Source of the DNA: Chrysomallon squamiferum
Lineage: Eukaryota > Animalia > Mollusca
Length of the DNA stretch: 64,000 nucleotides
Reading direction: 5' to 3'
Assembly: GCA_012295275.1 (NCBI GenBank)
Contig: CM022665.1
Coordinates: forward strand, 3,286,001-3,350,000
Of this stretch, positions 22,947 to 34,865 are shown in pieces. Position numbers and translations under genes: made by a program. Below the pieces are notes generated by a model. It saw only the letters and a list, made by a program, of their open reading frames with translations, had not been told where the DNA came from and made no database searches. Positions within the stretch are counted from its first letter, which is position 1. Every line of letters starts with the position of its first letter.

Positions 22947-25900
22947 TTTGATCATAAATGCAGTTTCTGAGGTCATCACTGTCAAATAGATTTAATGATT
23001 TTCAGTTGACATTACCAGTTTGAACTAATTAATTGCAAATAAAGAAAACAGATTTATTTCTCTTAGTGCTGCATACAAATATTCATGGCAAAGAAACATT
23101 TCTTGTAATTTGTTCATTTCTGGACACATTTGTATTATATGCTAAAAGTTGGAATACAGAAGAAAAACATGCAACATAAAAATTAGTAAAAACAAACAGC
23201 ATGCACTGAATGATAATAAGTTTATACATTAATGTATTTTAATAATAAAATCATTTTAAATGGTGTCAATCCATTCTAGTTGCACATAAAATATACAGTA
23301 GGAAATGGAATTTACAGCAAGTTTATTGTGGAGCATTTAGTCACATTTCAAATATTGAGAAATTTTGAGTATTTTATTTATATATATTACTCATATAGAC
23401 AGTAAAAAATTCAGTTATCATTAGTATGTTACAATAGTTTTTCTTTGGTTTAAATAATATTTTTTCACAATACCCATTGTTTCATTGCATTAAGAGATGG
23501 TAACTGATAGTTCATTTTGTACAGTTGTGCAATATAAACAGTTTATTTATTTGGTTAAACAGGATACGTTGGCTAATCTTGAACGACAAATATATGCTTT
23601 TGAAGGAAGTTACCTTGAAGATACTCAGCTCTATGGCAATATAATTCGAGGATGGGACAGATATCTCACCTCAAATAAGTAAGTTAGCTTTTATCACAAT
23701 ACATGTGTCTATTTCAGCTTTTCTTTCTTTTTTTCAGTTAGAAAAGATCTTTAAAAGAACAAATATAATAATTGGCAAAATTAAAACGAACTGTTTCTGA
23801 ATATATTCTCGTTTTGAGTAGTTAGCTTAATTTTGCAATGATTAGTAAATGACATTTTATTCCTTTTCTTTTTCACATACAGATACAAACACACAGCACA
23901 AAAATATATATAATTTTGATTTCAGCTTTATGCAGCATTTATCTTTAATTGATCTCTGTCTATGTAAATAAAAGTTTTAAGTTGATCTTCAATTTTTTCA
24001 TGTACTTATCTTTGTTAATAGCACAATAGGTAAAACATGTTTATAGCTGTTGTTGTTTAATGTTTTGTTAAATTAAATTAATTGAATTAATGTACATTAA
24101 CTGCTTATATTTGATTTTATATGACTACAAACCATAAAAAACTGAAAGGTGAAATTAATACATATTTGTTTTCAATCTAAATATTCCATTTATCTGTTTG
24201 AAGATCTATGCCAGTAACAGATTTTGTATTTAAAATTATTTTGTGATAGTCTAAAAATATGTGGTAAATATTTTGTTTTATGTTTCAGATACACAGACAG
24301 CAAAGCAGACAAAAGAAATCGTAAATACAAAGAGGCAGACAGGCTGTTTTCAAAATCGTCAGTCACTTCAGCTGCTGTTAGTCTTTCAAACTGTTTCTTA
24401 TAATAAAATAATGCTTTTCCATTAAATTGCTGCAGTTCATTATAAAAAGTTAAAAAAAATAATAGTAAAAAATATATATATATATGTTGAATATTAATCA
24501 GGGCTGAAAATTAACGGATGTAAATTGCTAAAATTTCCTCATCTGCACTTGCCATGTTCCTGTATAATTGAATTACCCTGTCAATTTTGGGAAACATTTT
24601 CAAATTTAAAAGCAAAAGCTACCAAATAATTTAAATAATCACAACTTGTTAACAATTCCTGCATTTTTGTTGACATTGGTCTGGTAATCAATAATTGATT
24701 ATTATAATTAATTTGGTGTAAATATATTGAAAATAGTCAACAGTCATTAAATTGTAATGCCTCTTGAAAACAACCCTTTTCAATCATGTTGATATATTTT
24801 TTAATATTTATCTTAGTAATATTTTCCCTTACAAAATTAATAATAATATGAATAAAATAAATAAACTAATAATAATTATAATGAATAAAATTTTATATAA
24901 AAATAAATAAGACAAATATATTTTTGTGTAGATCTCCGATATCCTACCAGCAATATTAGTTGGGTTTTTTTCATTGGTTTTATTATAAAATAATTACCTT
25001 TTTTTTGTGTACTGTCAGTTTTTGTCTTGATTTACAAATGTGCAGAAAAAATCAGAAAATATTAAAAAGTTTGTTTTTTCAAAGCAATAGTTAATTACCA
25101 TAGTGTGTACAGATATAATCTATGTAAATTACATTCATTAGCACTAGAACAGATATCTTTTTAAGTAGTAAAATATTTATCTTGGCAGTGATAAAACAGG
25201 TGTGTTTTTATTTCAGGCAGTAAGTGGGGTCACTGATCAACAACCAGAGAAATGTAAGTGCTTAATAATTGCTCATGAATATTTATTACATTAAAAATAA
25301 ATTGAGTGATACAGTGTTGAACAATTTCATAATTTTATGTGGCTTGTTTAATTAATCAGTATCAAATGATATGCAAGAAATAGCACCACTGGTGCTGTTT
25401 TTTTTGTTTGTTTGTTGTTGTTGTTGTTGTTTTTTCAAAATAATTACAGGTTGTTATGTGTAAGTTGAATTGGGACATTTCAGAGGCATGAACGGTTTGC
25501 ATTATTTTTATTTAGTGGATTCATCGCCATCCCCAGATTCTCAGAACAATCAAAACTCGGCAAATACACCAACATCCCAGACAAATGGCCTGTCATCAAA
25601 CAACTCAAATCATACAAACAGTAACGACCATAGCATTCCTGCACAGATGACTCATTCAGGAAAGGTTATGAAGGCCTCGGCCAAATACAAGAAAGGCAGA
25701 ATGAAAGCAAAACACCGGTAACTTTCATCATGTTTTTTAACTACAATATTTATTTTTAGTGGGTTTTTTTATATTTGTTTTTTTATGGTAATGATAAAAT
25801 TTAATTTTCTACTCTGATTTTTTTGTTTGTTTTCCAGACTTGAAGCTAGATCACGTAAAGGGAAAGAAGTAAGTTTTGCGTGCATAGTGATTTATAATAT

Positions 25901-26334
25901 ATAATTTTTTTTTTTTTTTCAATTGCTATAATTCAAACAACATTAGTCTAAGGGACCATTTAGGGTTATATCATATTTAAGAATTATTCATGTCATTTTG
26001 AAATGTTTCCAGTTAATAATATATAGAATAAAATGTGTACCTAGTGGTGTGAACTGTTGTAATTGAAATAACCGTCTTGTCTAAGTATGTCACTGTTTCT
26101 GCCAATAGTATATTATTCCTTTTTAAAAAGAACTGTTACTGTGATGAGTAGCATCTATGTAAAGGATAAACTCCAAGTGTACTCTGTTTAGTGGATTTTT
26201 TTTTTTTTCTGTGGCTGAAGATACCTAAACTGATAATTTTTATTTTTATTTCCATTTGTAACAGTTGACTTTACATTTTACTATATTTATGATTCCACTG
26301 CAATGGTTGTTCTTTTTTACAGAGTGGTGATTGA
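21771..26334 (+). CDS. MEAF6: Chromatin modification-related protein MEAF6 (Eaf6; NuA4/MOZ/HBO1 HAT subunit)
   Basis: Exons 21771-21848, 23563-23678, 24289-24376, 25217-25253, 25516-25717, 25838-25868, 26323-26334. [52 protein letters not shown]...[20 protein letters not shown] is diagnostic. Confidence 0.96.
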
Positions 26335-28343
26335 AGGGAAAAACCCAGTCTCACTGAAGATAATGAATTGCACGTTTAACCTGGCAGTGTTTTTTTAAGA
26401 TAATGCATTCTGGATGATTTAATATGGCTTCACACACTTATTTTTGTTCTGTATCATCATTAAGGGTCAGGTGTTATTGAGTACAATAAGTATGTACTTA
26501 AAATACTCAGATGCAAGTAATAAATCATACACTATTTGTATTTGACAGCATTTCTTAATAAAATAGAAATAACACCAGTATCTTTCTCAAATGAATCATG
26601 AAAATTAATTAGGCAATATTTTGCCAAGTTCAGGATTATTAAATCTACTTTATTTTTATACAGTTTAAAAAAAGGAGTGCATGTTATGGTGGGGTGGAGT
26701 TTACAAATGAATAAATTCATGTTGAATGTTCAGTTTTCTTAATGTAAAGAAAAATTGCGAAAGACTACTTATTTCTAAAGGCATTTCCGTGAAATTCCTT
26801 TTAGGTCAAAGTTGTAATTGAAATCAGTGCCTTAAGGCAAATAAAATAACATTGCTTCTAGCATTATTATTCCTTTTTGAAAGGAACCATTAAAGTGTTA
26901 ATTATATATTGCAACTGATAAAATCTTTTGAAATTACTTTGCAGTATGTAAAACATACAAATTAACTTAATTATTTAATGAATGCAAAATAAGTGAAACA
27001 CATGCTTCAGTTGCAGAAAGTTACAAGCAGACAGTGTTTTGTGTAGATGTATAAATGTTTTTTTTTTTTTAATTTGTCAACAGTTAAAGTAATAGAATTT
27101 GTTAAAACACTACAATAAAATGTGTTTTTTGACTCAATTTAGATGTGTAACATTTAAAATATTTTATTGTCTTCTGATAAATAAGACGTAATAAACATGG
27201 TTGTTGTTTGAGTGTTTTTTTTAATAGATTGTTGTTGTTTTTTTCAATTAAAATTGATAGCAAATTACTGATATTAGAACTTAATGATTGACACAAAGCA
27301 GCACAGCTAGTTGGTAAAAAGCTACTTTATGTGTGTAAAGAATATTTTGGTTTCATAGAGTAGGTACTGGCTGTCCACAAAGCCTGAATTAGTTGAAAAT
27401 TGCTATCTTGACTCAGATACGTTTTTATTCAAAGGAGCATTTAATGTATACCATAGTAAATAGCAACATATCTTCTTTCCAATGCACTATTTGTTTTGCT
27501 GAAAGTGTGATAAATTTAAAAAAAAAGTATGACTCATGCCATTTCATGCAACAGAAAATACACATGGGTTTCTACCTCCATTTTCACAAAGATTTACAAT
27601 TAGTCTCATCAAAAAGTGCGCAGATTTCTTTCAAAGTGATGTTCTTTTTTAAATTAAACCAAATTTAGTTTCAGAACCTGATAACAAATATTTGAACTCA
27701 AAATATTCTTATTCTGATGACATCGCAGCAAAAATGCAGGATTCCTTAAACAATGGTCAGAAATGAACTTCAGTGTCCGTCTGTTCTCGTTAAATTTTCT
27801 TTTCATGCCAGTATTTAACAAGTTCACCTTTTTAATTCAAAATACACTACATAAATTGTTTAGTTATTTCAAAGTGATGTCTGAAATTTGAAAATTAGGT
27901 GTTTTTATGCTGCTATATATTGTTCTTTATTCTGGATAGTTATGCACTGACACTGGAGTTTTTTTTAGAACAAACATTTAGTAAAATCTTATTGTAAATG
28001 TATAACAAAACACAGCATTTGTTAATCTATTCAAATATTTTTATATGACAATCACAACTGTACATAAAGATTGAGTAGTAAACTGTTTTATAAAAACAAT
28101 TAATTACTGAAGAAACAAAACAGGTATGCCTAAAAATTCTGTATTTAATTTCAAAAAATACTTGAGCCCTTGTGATAGATCCTCTCATTTTTCTCTAAAC
28201 TTTATTCATCAAAGCAGCTAGTTTGTATATTGTATCTGTATGACAACAGAAATGATTTCAAATGGAATAGTTTATGAGATTTTGCAAGTGACTTTCTGAA
28301 AGGTTTTTCAATTGTCTCTGTTATTTAGATAGTTCTTCTTCAG

Positions 28344-31300
28344 TCATTTTTGTGGCAAACCATTTACCTCAATACTATTGATAACTAGCATAGTATATTT
28401 TGATCTAACCACTGCAAAAATAAAAAAATAAAAATTAATAAGTTTAAAATACAAAAATAGATCCTATTTTTATTAAGCTCTAAAATGCTTTTAAATTTAC
28501 AAATTCGAAATATCAAAATGAAGAGTTACAGTGTTGGATAAAAAAAAGTGTCTTTGCTGTTCAATCTGAATTTTTTATGCTTAAATGTACATATAATAAA
28601 AAAGCTTTTAAAAAAAAAAACTTGCTACACTACCATCTCATTTACAGTCTTAAATATTAGTATCACAAATAAATCTGCTTTTAGAGAATATTCAAAAATA
28701 ATTTTAAAGTAATTAAGATAACTTACGATTAAATCTTCTAAAACCTTTCCTTCTCACATACTTGAATTTGGTTTTATAATGAGATAATGTTTTCTCAACA
28801 ACTGTGGCTTCAATTCTCACCAAGTCCCGACTAAAAAAAATATTAATAAGAGATCAAATTATAATCTGATTTTGGTTAATTTGAACACTAGGGGTGAAAA
28901 AAAAAATATATATATATATATATAACCTGGATTACAATTTACTCTGTTTTTGTTTGAAATAGTCACCACCTCATTCCCCCAAATATCTATCCTTCACACT
29001 TGGTAAAGATTTGACTTATGAGCTGCCAGTGTGAGTGTATAAAAATAAAATATTCTTGTATACTTAAAACCTATGACAACAATTTTATATCAAGTTATTA
29101 AGGAGAAATATTTATAATTAAGAAAAAGGATTCACCTCAACATTGGTTGGCCAACAAGCGAGAAGTCTTTACTCCCTACCATCAACACCTAAAAACAGAT
29201 TTAAAAAAGATTCAAGACTATTTTTTATAATATTAAAATATATTCAGTTTTATATTTATTTATTTTTTAAGTTTGTTAAATGTTTACATGTTTTCTCTGA
29301 ATGGTTTTTGTTTCTGTGAACATGCTACACAAATAAATAAATAAAGAGCAAAAATTAATCATCAGACAGAATGACAAAACTACCTGAATCTGATTTAATT
29401 TGATATGTTTACCTTTTCCAATCGAATTCTGTCACCAATATTAGGAGGGAAATAGTGCTGGATAATTATGATATCTTCTGTTGTTATTTTCCTTTGCTTC
29501 CCTGCTATGTGAACAACTGCAAACAATCGTCCAAGGTTTTCATCTTGCAGGGCAGTGTTTACCTTCTCTGTTAAGGCTGGAAAAACAATATTTATGTTAA
29601 GTATCCTAAAATATAAAGTTCCTCGTGTAATAAATTTGCAATAAGAAGTAGACCAACTGTATTACCAGTTACAAAATACAAAATTATAGTAAGTTATTAA
29701 ACAGCTGAAGTATATGCACCGTGTTTACCTGTAGATTGTGAGGTATTTGCCAAGATGTTCCAGTCTGCATCACTGACTTTGGGGACAGATTGGCTGAAAA
29801 CATTAAGAAAACAATAATGTATTTCAAATGTAACTATTCTTTTTTTCTTTTTTTTTAAATTTTAAACATTTATTATTATTATTATATTTTTTAAACTTAG
29901 AAAAGTTAAAGATCTTTGTTAGAATATTGTTATATTAATCAGTGTCACATTAAGTAACAGGCTCATAAAAAGTTTGATATGCCTCCTCGCTTAGTACCAG
30001 CAGTCTTCGGTCTATTCCTTGTGGTCCTTGTTGACACTGCCCTATTGGGATTCCAGTTATGTCTCGACATCTTGCTGCTGGAAAAAGGGTAATGTTGAAG
30101 TCTTAACAAGGCACTGTCTTCTTTCACAAATGTTTTATTAGGTTGTCCTGAATGTTCGTGTCCTTGATGTTGTTGGTTTAGTGATATATATCTTCATACA
30201 AGTCAACCAATTACAGTATGATTTAGACCTAAATGATGCACTGTTTCCCTGTATGACAGTAATGCATTATTCATTTCAATAATTTGCCACTTAGTGGTGA
30301 CGAACCTTGCTGCAACTTATAATAATTTGGGACAATATAAAGTGGGTGGTGCTTAGTTGGTTTCTATGTGTATACTTGGTGTATTTCAGGTATGTGACAA
30401 AAGCTGTTTCTGTGCCACAGTGAAAGGTTGCCTGATTTTTGTGACAGCTAATAGCTTTCCTTGAGTGGGTCTTCTCATTCAAGTTTCTGTTTTGTCATTA
30501 TTTTAATACATTTTCCAAAACAACAAATATCATGACAGTGTACATATTCAGCTGCATCTTTGTGTTCATTTCTTAACATGTGACTGTTGATAAACAAAGA
30601 TGAAGCAACAGACAAGTTCACTTTCGAAATGTTCATGTGACTAACGTAAGCTTACTGGGACTTTAAATTGTACACCCTTTGTGTTGGTTATGCCTTTCTC
30701 TCATAGTCTGCCAAATTTCTTAGAAATACTTGAAGTAGTAGGTACTTAATTTGGGATACCAAGATGTATGGTTTTCTCAGCAAATGACATGACCCATGTA
30801 ACAGCTGTTGCTGCCAATGTCTGAGAGTTTGATGTGACTGAGAACTAATGTGGCATAATAGTCCACCTACTGAGATTGGTATAATGAAGGCTTTAGGCAA
30901 ATTAATGCTAATCAATGTTATTAATTAACTGGTCTTTTTGTACATTGGTTTAATTTCTTTGGAGTTTTTGAGACATATAATTAAAGTGCAAGGTACATTT
31001 GAGCTAATTAGTGTAATTAATTAAAATTCATGAGTGTTAGGAACATGCTAAAAATACTTCTTAGCTTCATTTTGATATACAATACACATATGTTGGTTTG
31101 AAGCTGTAAGTTATTCAATGTTTACATTGCTACATGACTGAAATCAATCAGTCTCCACTTATTGTTACTTCTTTCACATCAATGCTATCAAAGAGATTTT
31201 GGTGCCATTTTTGTCTGCTCTTGCTGATGTTATGTAATTTTATAGGAAAATTATATTTCTTAAAATTTTGTCACATACCTATACTTATATACGGATAATT

Positions 31301-32047
31301 AAACATACAATAACTAATTTAAAATATTACAATGCATATACAAAGTAAAAAAAAAAAAAAAAAATTTTTTTTTTTTTTTAAAGTATACCTCTGCGACGAA
31401 AGAGAAAATGAATTACGAATATGGTGACAGCAACTTGAACGTATGGGTAATCTTCCTGCAAGTTGTCTAGGACAAATAGGTATCTGTTTTAGTGCAGGAT
31501 CAGCTGTAGCTTGCCAAGATGAAAACTGCACTGGTCTTGATGACTGCTGTAGACCTTGAAACAAAAAATTTAAAATAAAATTCTGGAAGCTCACAAAACA
31601 ACAATTGTAATCCCTAAACTCTCCAAAACGCAAAAGACTGAAAAGGTCAAACCAATAACCGAAGCAAATCGACTATAAATATTCATTAAAAAGACTTAGT
31701 ATATTGTTCATTACGTAGGATGGGGGAAAGGAACATTATCAGAGCGTGTTTCTGGATGGCCACTACTATGTAAGTAACTGAAAACAGCTGCAACAGAAAT
31801 TATAACTATCAGACTAAGAGTAAGACACTTGAACTTGACGCAGTTATTTTAGTAAATGGCATCTTCGGCCTACGATTGGTAGTAAAATTAACTTGTAAAT
31901 GTAACGCAATTTTTACATGGAAAGGAATAGGACTCAGTTAATAATTTTTAAATCATGAAACAGATAAATACCTGATACTATTGTTCTGTTACCACAAATC
32001 TTTAAAACGTGAGAACAAAATCTACCAAAGGTAAATGGGGCAGCCAT
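28344..32047 (-). CDS. MRPL21: Mitochondrial ribosomal protein L21 (bL21m)
   Basis: Exons 32047-31972, 31554-31389, 29793-29729, 29576-29413, 29188-29136, 28830-28727, 28411-28344, all in phase. Arg/Ser-rich presequence, then GRLFAVVHIAGKQRKITTEDIII...GDRIRLEKVLMVGSKDFSLVGQPML...VRIEATVVEKT. Confidence 0.95.
29975..30330 (-). mobile_element. Decayed Tc1/mariner transposase N-terminal (paired-like HTH) fragment in MRPL21 intron 2
   Basis: Minus-strand pieces KWQIIEMNNALLSYRETVHHLGLNHTVIG*LV*RY / TNNIKD..HSGQPNKT / KEDSALLRL..PFSSS...AVSTRTTRNRPKTAG..ARR match the Tc1 pattern (SGRPRKT, REDRALLR, STRTVRNRL.AG..ARRP), interrupted by stops and frameshifts. Confidence 0.75.
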
Positions 32048-32710
32048 CTTTTTAAGACAGAGTTATCGGTCATAACCAGTAAAGTATGGAAAGCTGAATC
32101 AGTCAAATATTCTGATATTACATTTGAACTGTAATAATTATTATTTCATGAAAGCTCGGTATAAATTTTTAAAAATTCTGCTCATAGTCTGATTAAAAAG
32201 TAAATACGTATATAATTATTAGTGTAGAAATGTTTATAGAAGGATATCAAAATTGCAATGTAAAATATCCAGGAGACATTTCTGGAAATTAATAATAATA
32301 TTATTACATACATAAATAATTCAGAATTTAAAATTTAATTTAATTCTTTTATTTAGAAAATTTGACAAATGAAGTGCCAGTTTATATGTAATCTTAAAAT
32401 AATAAGTTCAAAATAATTCCCTTTTGGATTCATATACAGAAACGCATATACCACTTTCTGGACATCTTCAAAGACTACATTTATTCTCATTATCTGAATC
32501 ATTTGTAGATTCAAATTTGTGTCACCTGTTAAGATGATGGTCATTATATCGAATTCAGTAAAACATTATTAATAAATATTAATAATAATAAATTTAAAAG
32601 TGAAAACGGCCTTCCGTAGAAGTTGCAATTCTATTTTTAACTTTTCCCCATTTGGCACTCTGCCTCATTTTGGACGCCATATTGAAGACGAGGTTCAATC
32701 ATTTCGAGGT
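32040..32710. promoter_or_regulatory. Bidirectional promoter region of MRPL21 (-) and CARF (+)
   Basis: MRPL21 ATG at 32047 sits in a YY1-like AAGATGGC context. The divergent CpG-containing first exon has CGCCAT (32675) and a probable donor gag|gtttgt at ~32708. Confidence 0.5.
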
Positions 32711-33172
32711 TTGTGACTCGTTTTGACAAACAAGCGCTTGTTCAAATCCTCATGTGGGATGGGAGTGTCCCAAATTAAAAGCTCTCAAAACTTATGTTTA
32801 AATAATTGTATAACATAACTGTATCGTAGTTATTAATTATTTCAAGGAAACAACATATTGGCTGTTGTCTTCAAATTAATAATAATAATAATAATAAAAA
32901 AAAAATTAAAAAATTAAATAAAATTAAAATGGTGTTTCTAGAAAATATTATTTATTCATTCGTTTCTGACAACGCGAAAAGTAACGTTTGGAATTACGAT
33001 AATCATTACTATAACATTTTCACTGCTGGTACAGAGTTAATCCTTGTTAATGTACAGTGTTCGTTTGCGTCAACCAATTAATGAAATTAGCACAAAAAGT
33101 AGATTAGAATTAATGAAGGTTAAAGGGAATATCCCATACCAAAATTTAATGACAGCGTTTTAACTGGTCAGT

Positions 33173-33209
<37 letters not shown>

Positions 33210-34865
33210 AATTTATTTATATCCTTTTCAGAATTTTATAAATTAATAAAAATAAAGTCAAATAAATATTCTCGGTTTTATCTAGTTAATTTCACATGTC
33301 AACAGCTTGTCAAAATAAACATACTGTGACCAGAAATTAGTTTCTCAAGATGGCTGATGTTGCAAGAGAATGCAAAATTAAGCTGTAATTGAATTTTAAG
33401 ACCTCTGTTTATATGATTTAAGTACATGTAATAATGCCAAGTCACCAAATAATCTTTTTCTACCAGAAATTAATTTATTACTTGAAATCAAATAGTAGTT
33501 TAAAAAAATTATGGGGCACAGTTTAACAAACTTTCTGTTGATATTTGTGTTAATTCTGATTTATTATGATTTCAGGAATGTTTGAAACATAGTTTTTGTT
33601 GGATTGTATTTTTCAGTTAATAAATAGATCACAAATGGATCAACTAGTCACTTTTTTAATATTAAAATAGCTTAGAAGATCTTCAACCAGAAAATTGTGT
33701 GTAATATACAAGCATAGTTTCAAGTAAATTTGTTATTTTGGTTCATGAACATAAACCAGGTAGAGTTTATAGCTGTCTTCAGTCATTAAAGCATCATGTA
33801 TAACATTAGTACAGTTAGGTGTTGTTATAAGTATGCAGTAAATGTTATTTTAATGTGGACTTGTGATGTGCAGAATTTTGACAATGTAGAGGTAATTTTA
33901 TCCACAACTAACATAACCTGTCAATGTAAAAGAACATACTTTAATGAAATTTAAAAACATAATAAGTATGTCTTCTCTTTTGCTGAAATGTATTTTATAT
34001 GCATCTAATTTCATATTAAAGTATGTAGATTTCTACGTTATCGAAAACCCAGATTTATGGTTTATAGCTTGAAGAGAAGAAGGAAAAATGTAAGAGAGTA
34101 AAATTGTTTTATTTAAAATATATTTCCTTTTCCATGTTTATTTTCTGCTGCAACAGTTAATTCTTATTTTTGCTTTAATCAAAATATCTTGAATACACAC
34201 ACACACATACATACATACATACACACCAGGTAACATGGAATTGCGTTTAGAATGTTTCTGTTTGGGTGATGTTGCCCCAGTTAGAACAATTGTTGAATTT
34301 TTCTGCAGACCATAATAACTATTGTAAGATGTCAGTCAAATAGTTTTTGAATAATATTTTAATAACAGTAGAGGAACACCTAAATCTGCCTATGTTGAGT
34401 TTCAGTGAGAATCCTTTATTAATTGGGGGAGGGGGGAGAAAAAGAAAGAAGCGAAACAACAACCAAAAAAAAAAAAGCAACCATGTAGCAAGTCCTTTGA
34501 TGTGGAAATAACTACTTTGATTAATAATGACCTGGGTTGGATGTCTCATAAACATTAAGATGAAATGAGCAACTACATGTGTGTGTATATCTAGACCTGT
34601 AAGAAAAAAAAAAAAAAAAAAAAAAAGCATTCTGAGACTACAGGCTGAATCCACAAAAGTTTTATCCATCCACTCTCTTGCTGTACATTTGTGTTTGATA
34701 ATGGATGGTATGGTGTCACATGTAAATTTTCATTTTTTAATGCATAACTAAAACAAAATAAATAAAAATAATAATTAAACTGAAAAACTGCTGCTCTTCA
34801 ATATTACTTTGATTGACGAAATTAATAATTATGGACTGCTTTCTTTACCAGGGTGAAGCATCAGG

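Noticed and set aside
24499-24790. Possible hAT-like MITE (CAGGGCTGAAAA ... TTTTCAATCATG) in a MEAF6 intron
   Set aside because: Terminal match too degenerate and no clear target-site duplication.
33348-33390. AAGATGGCTG... possible alternative CARF start exon
   Set aside because: Weak donor and no in-frame connection to the main ORF demonstrated.
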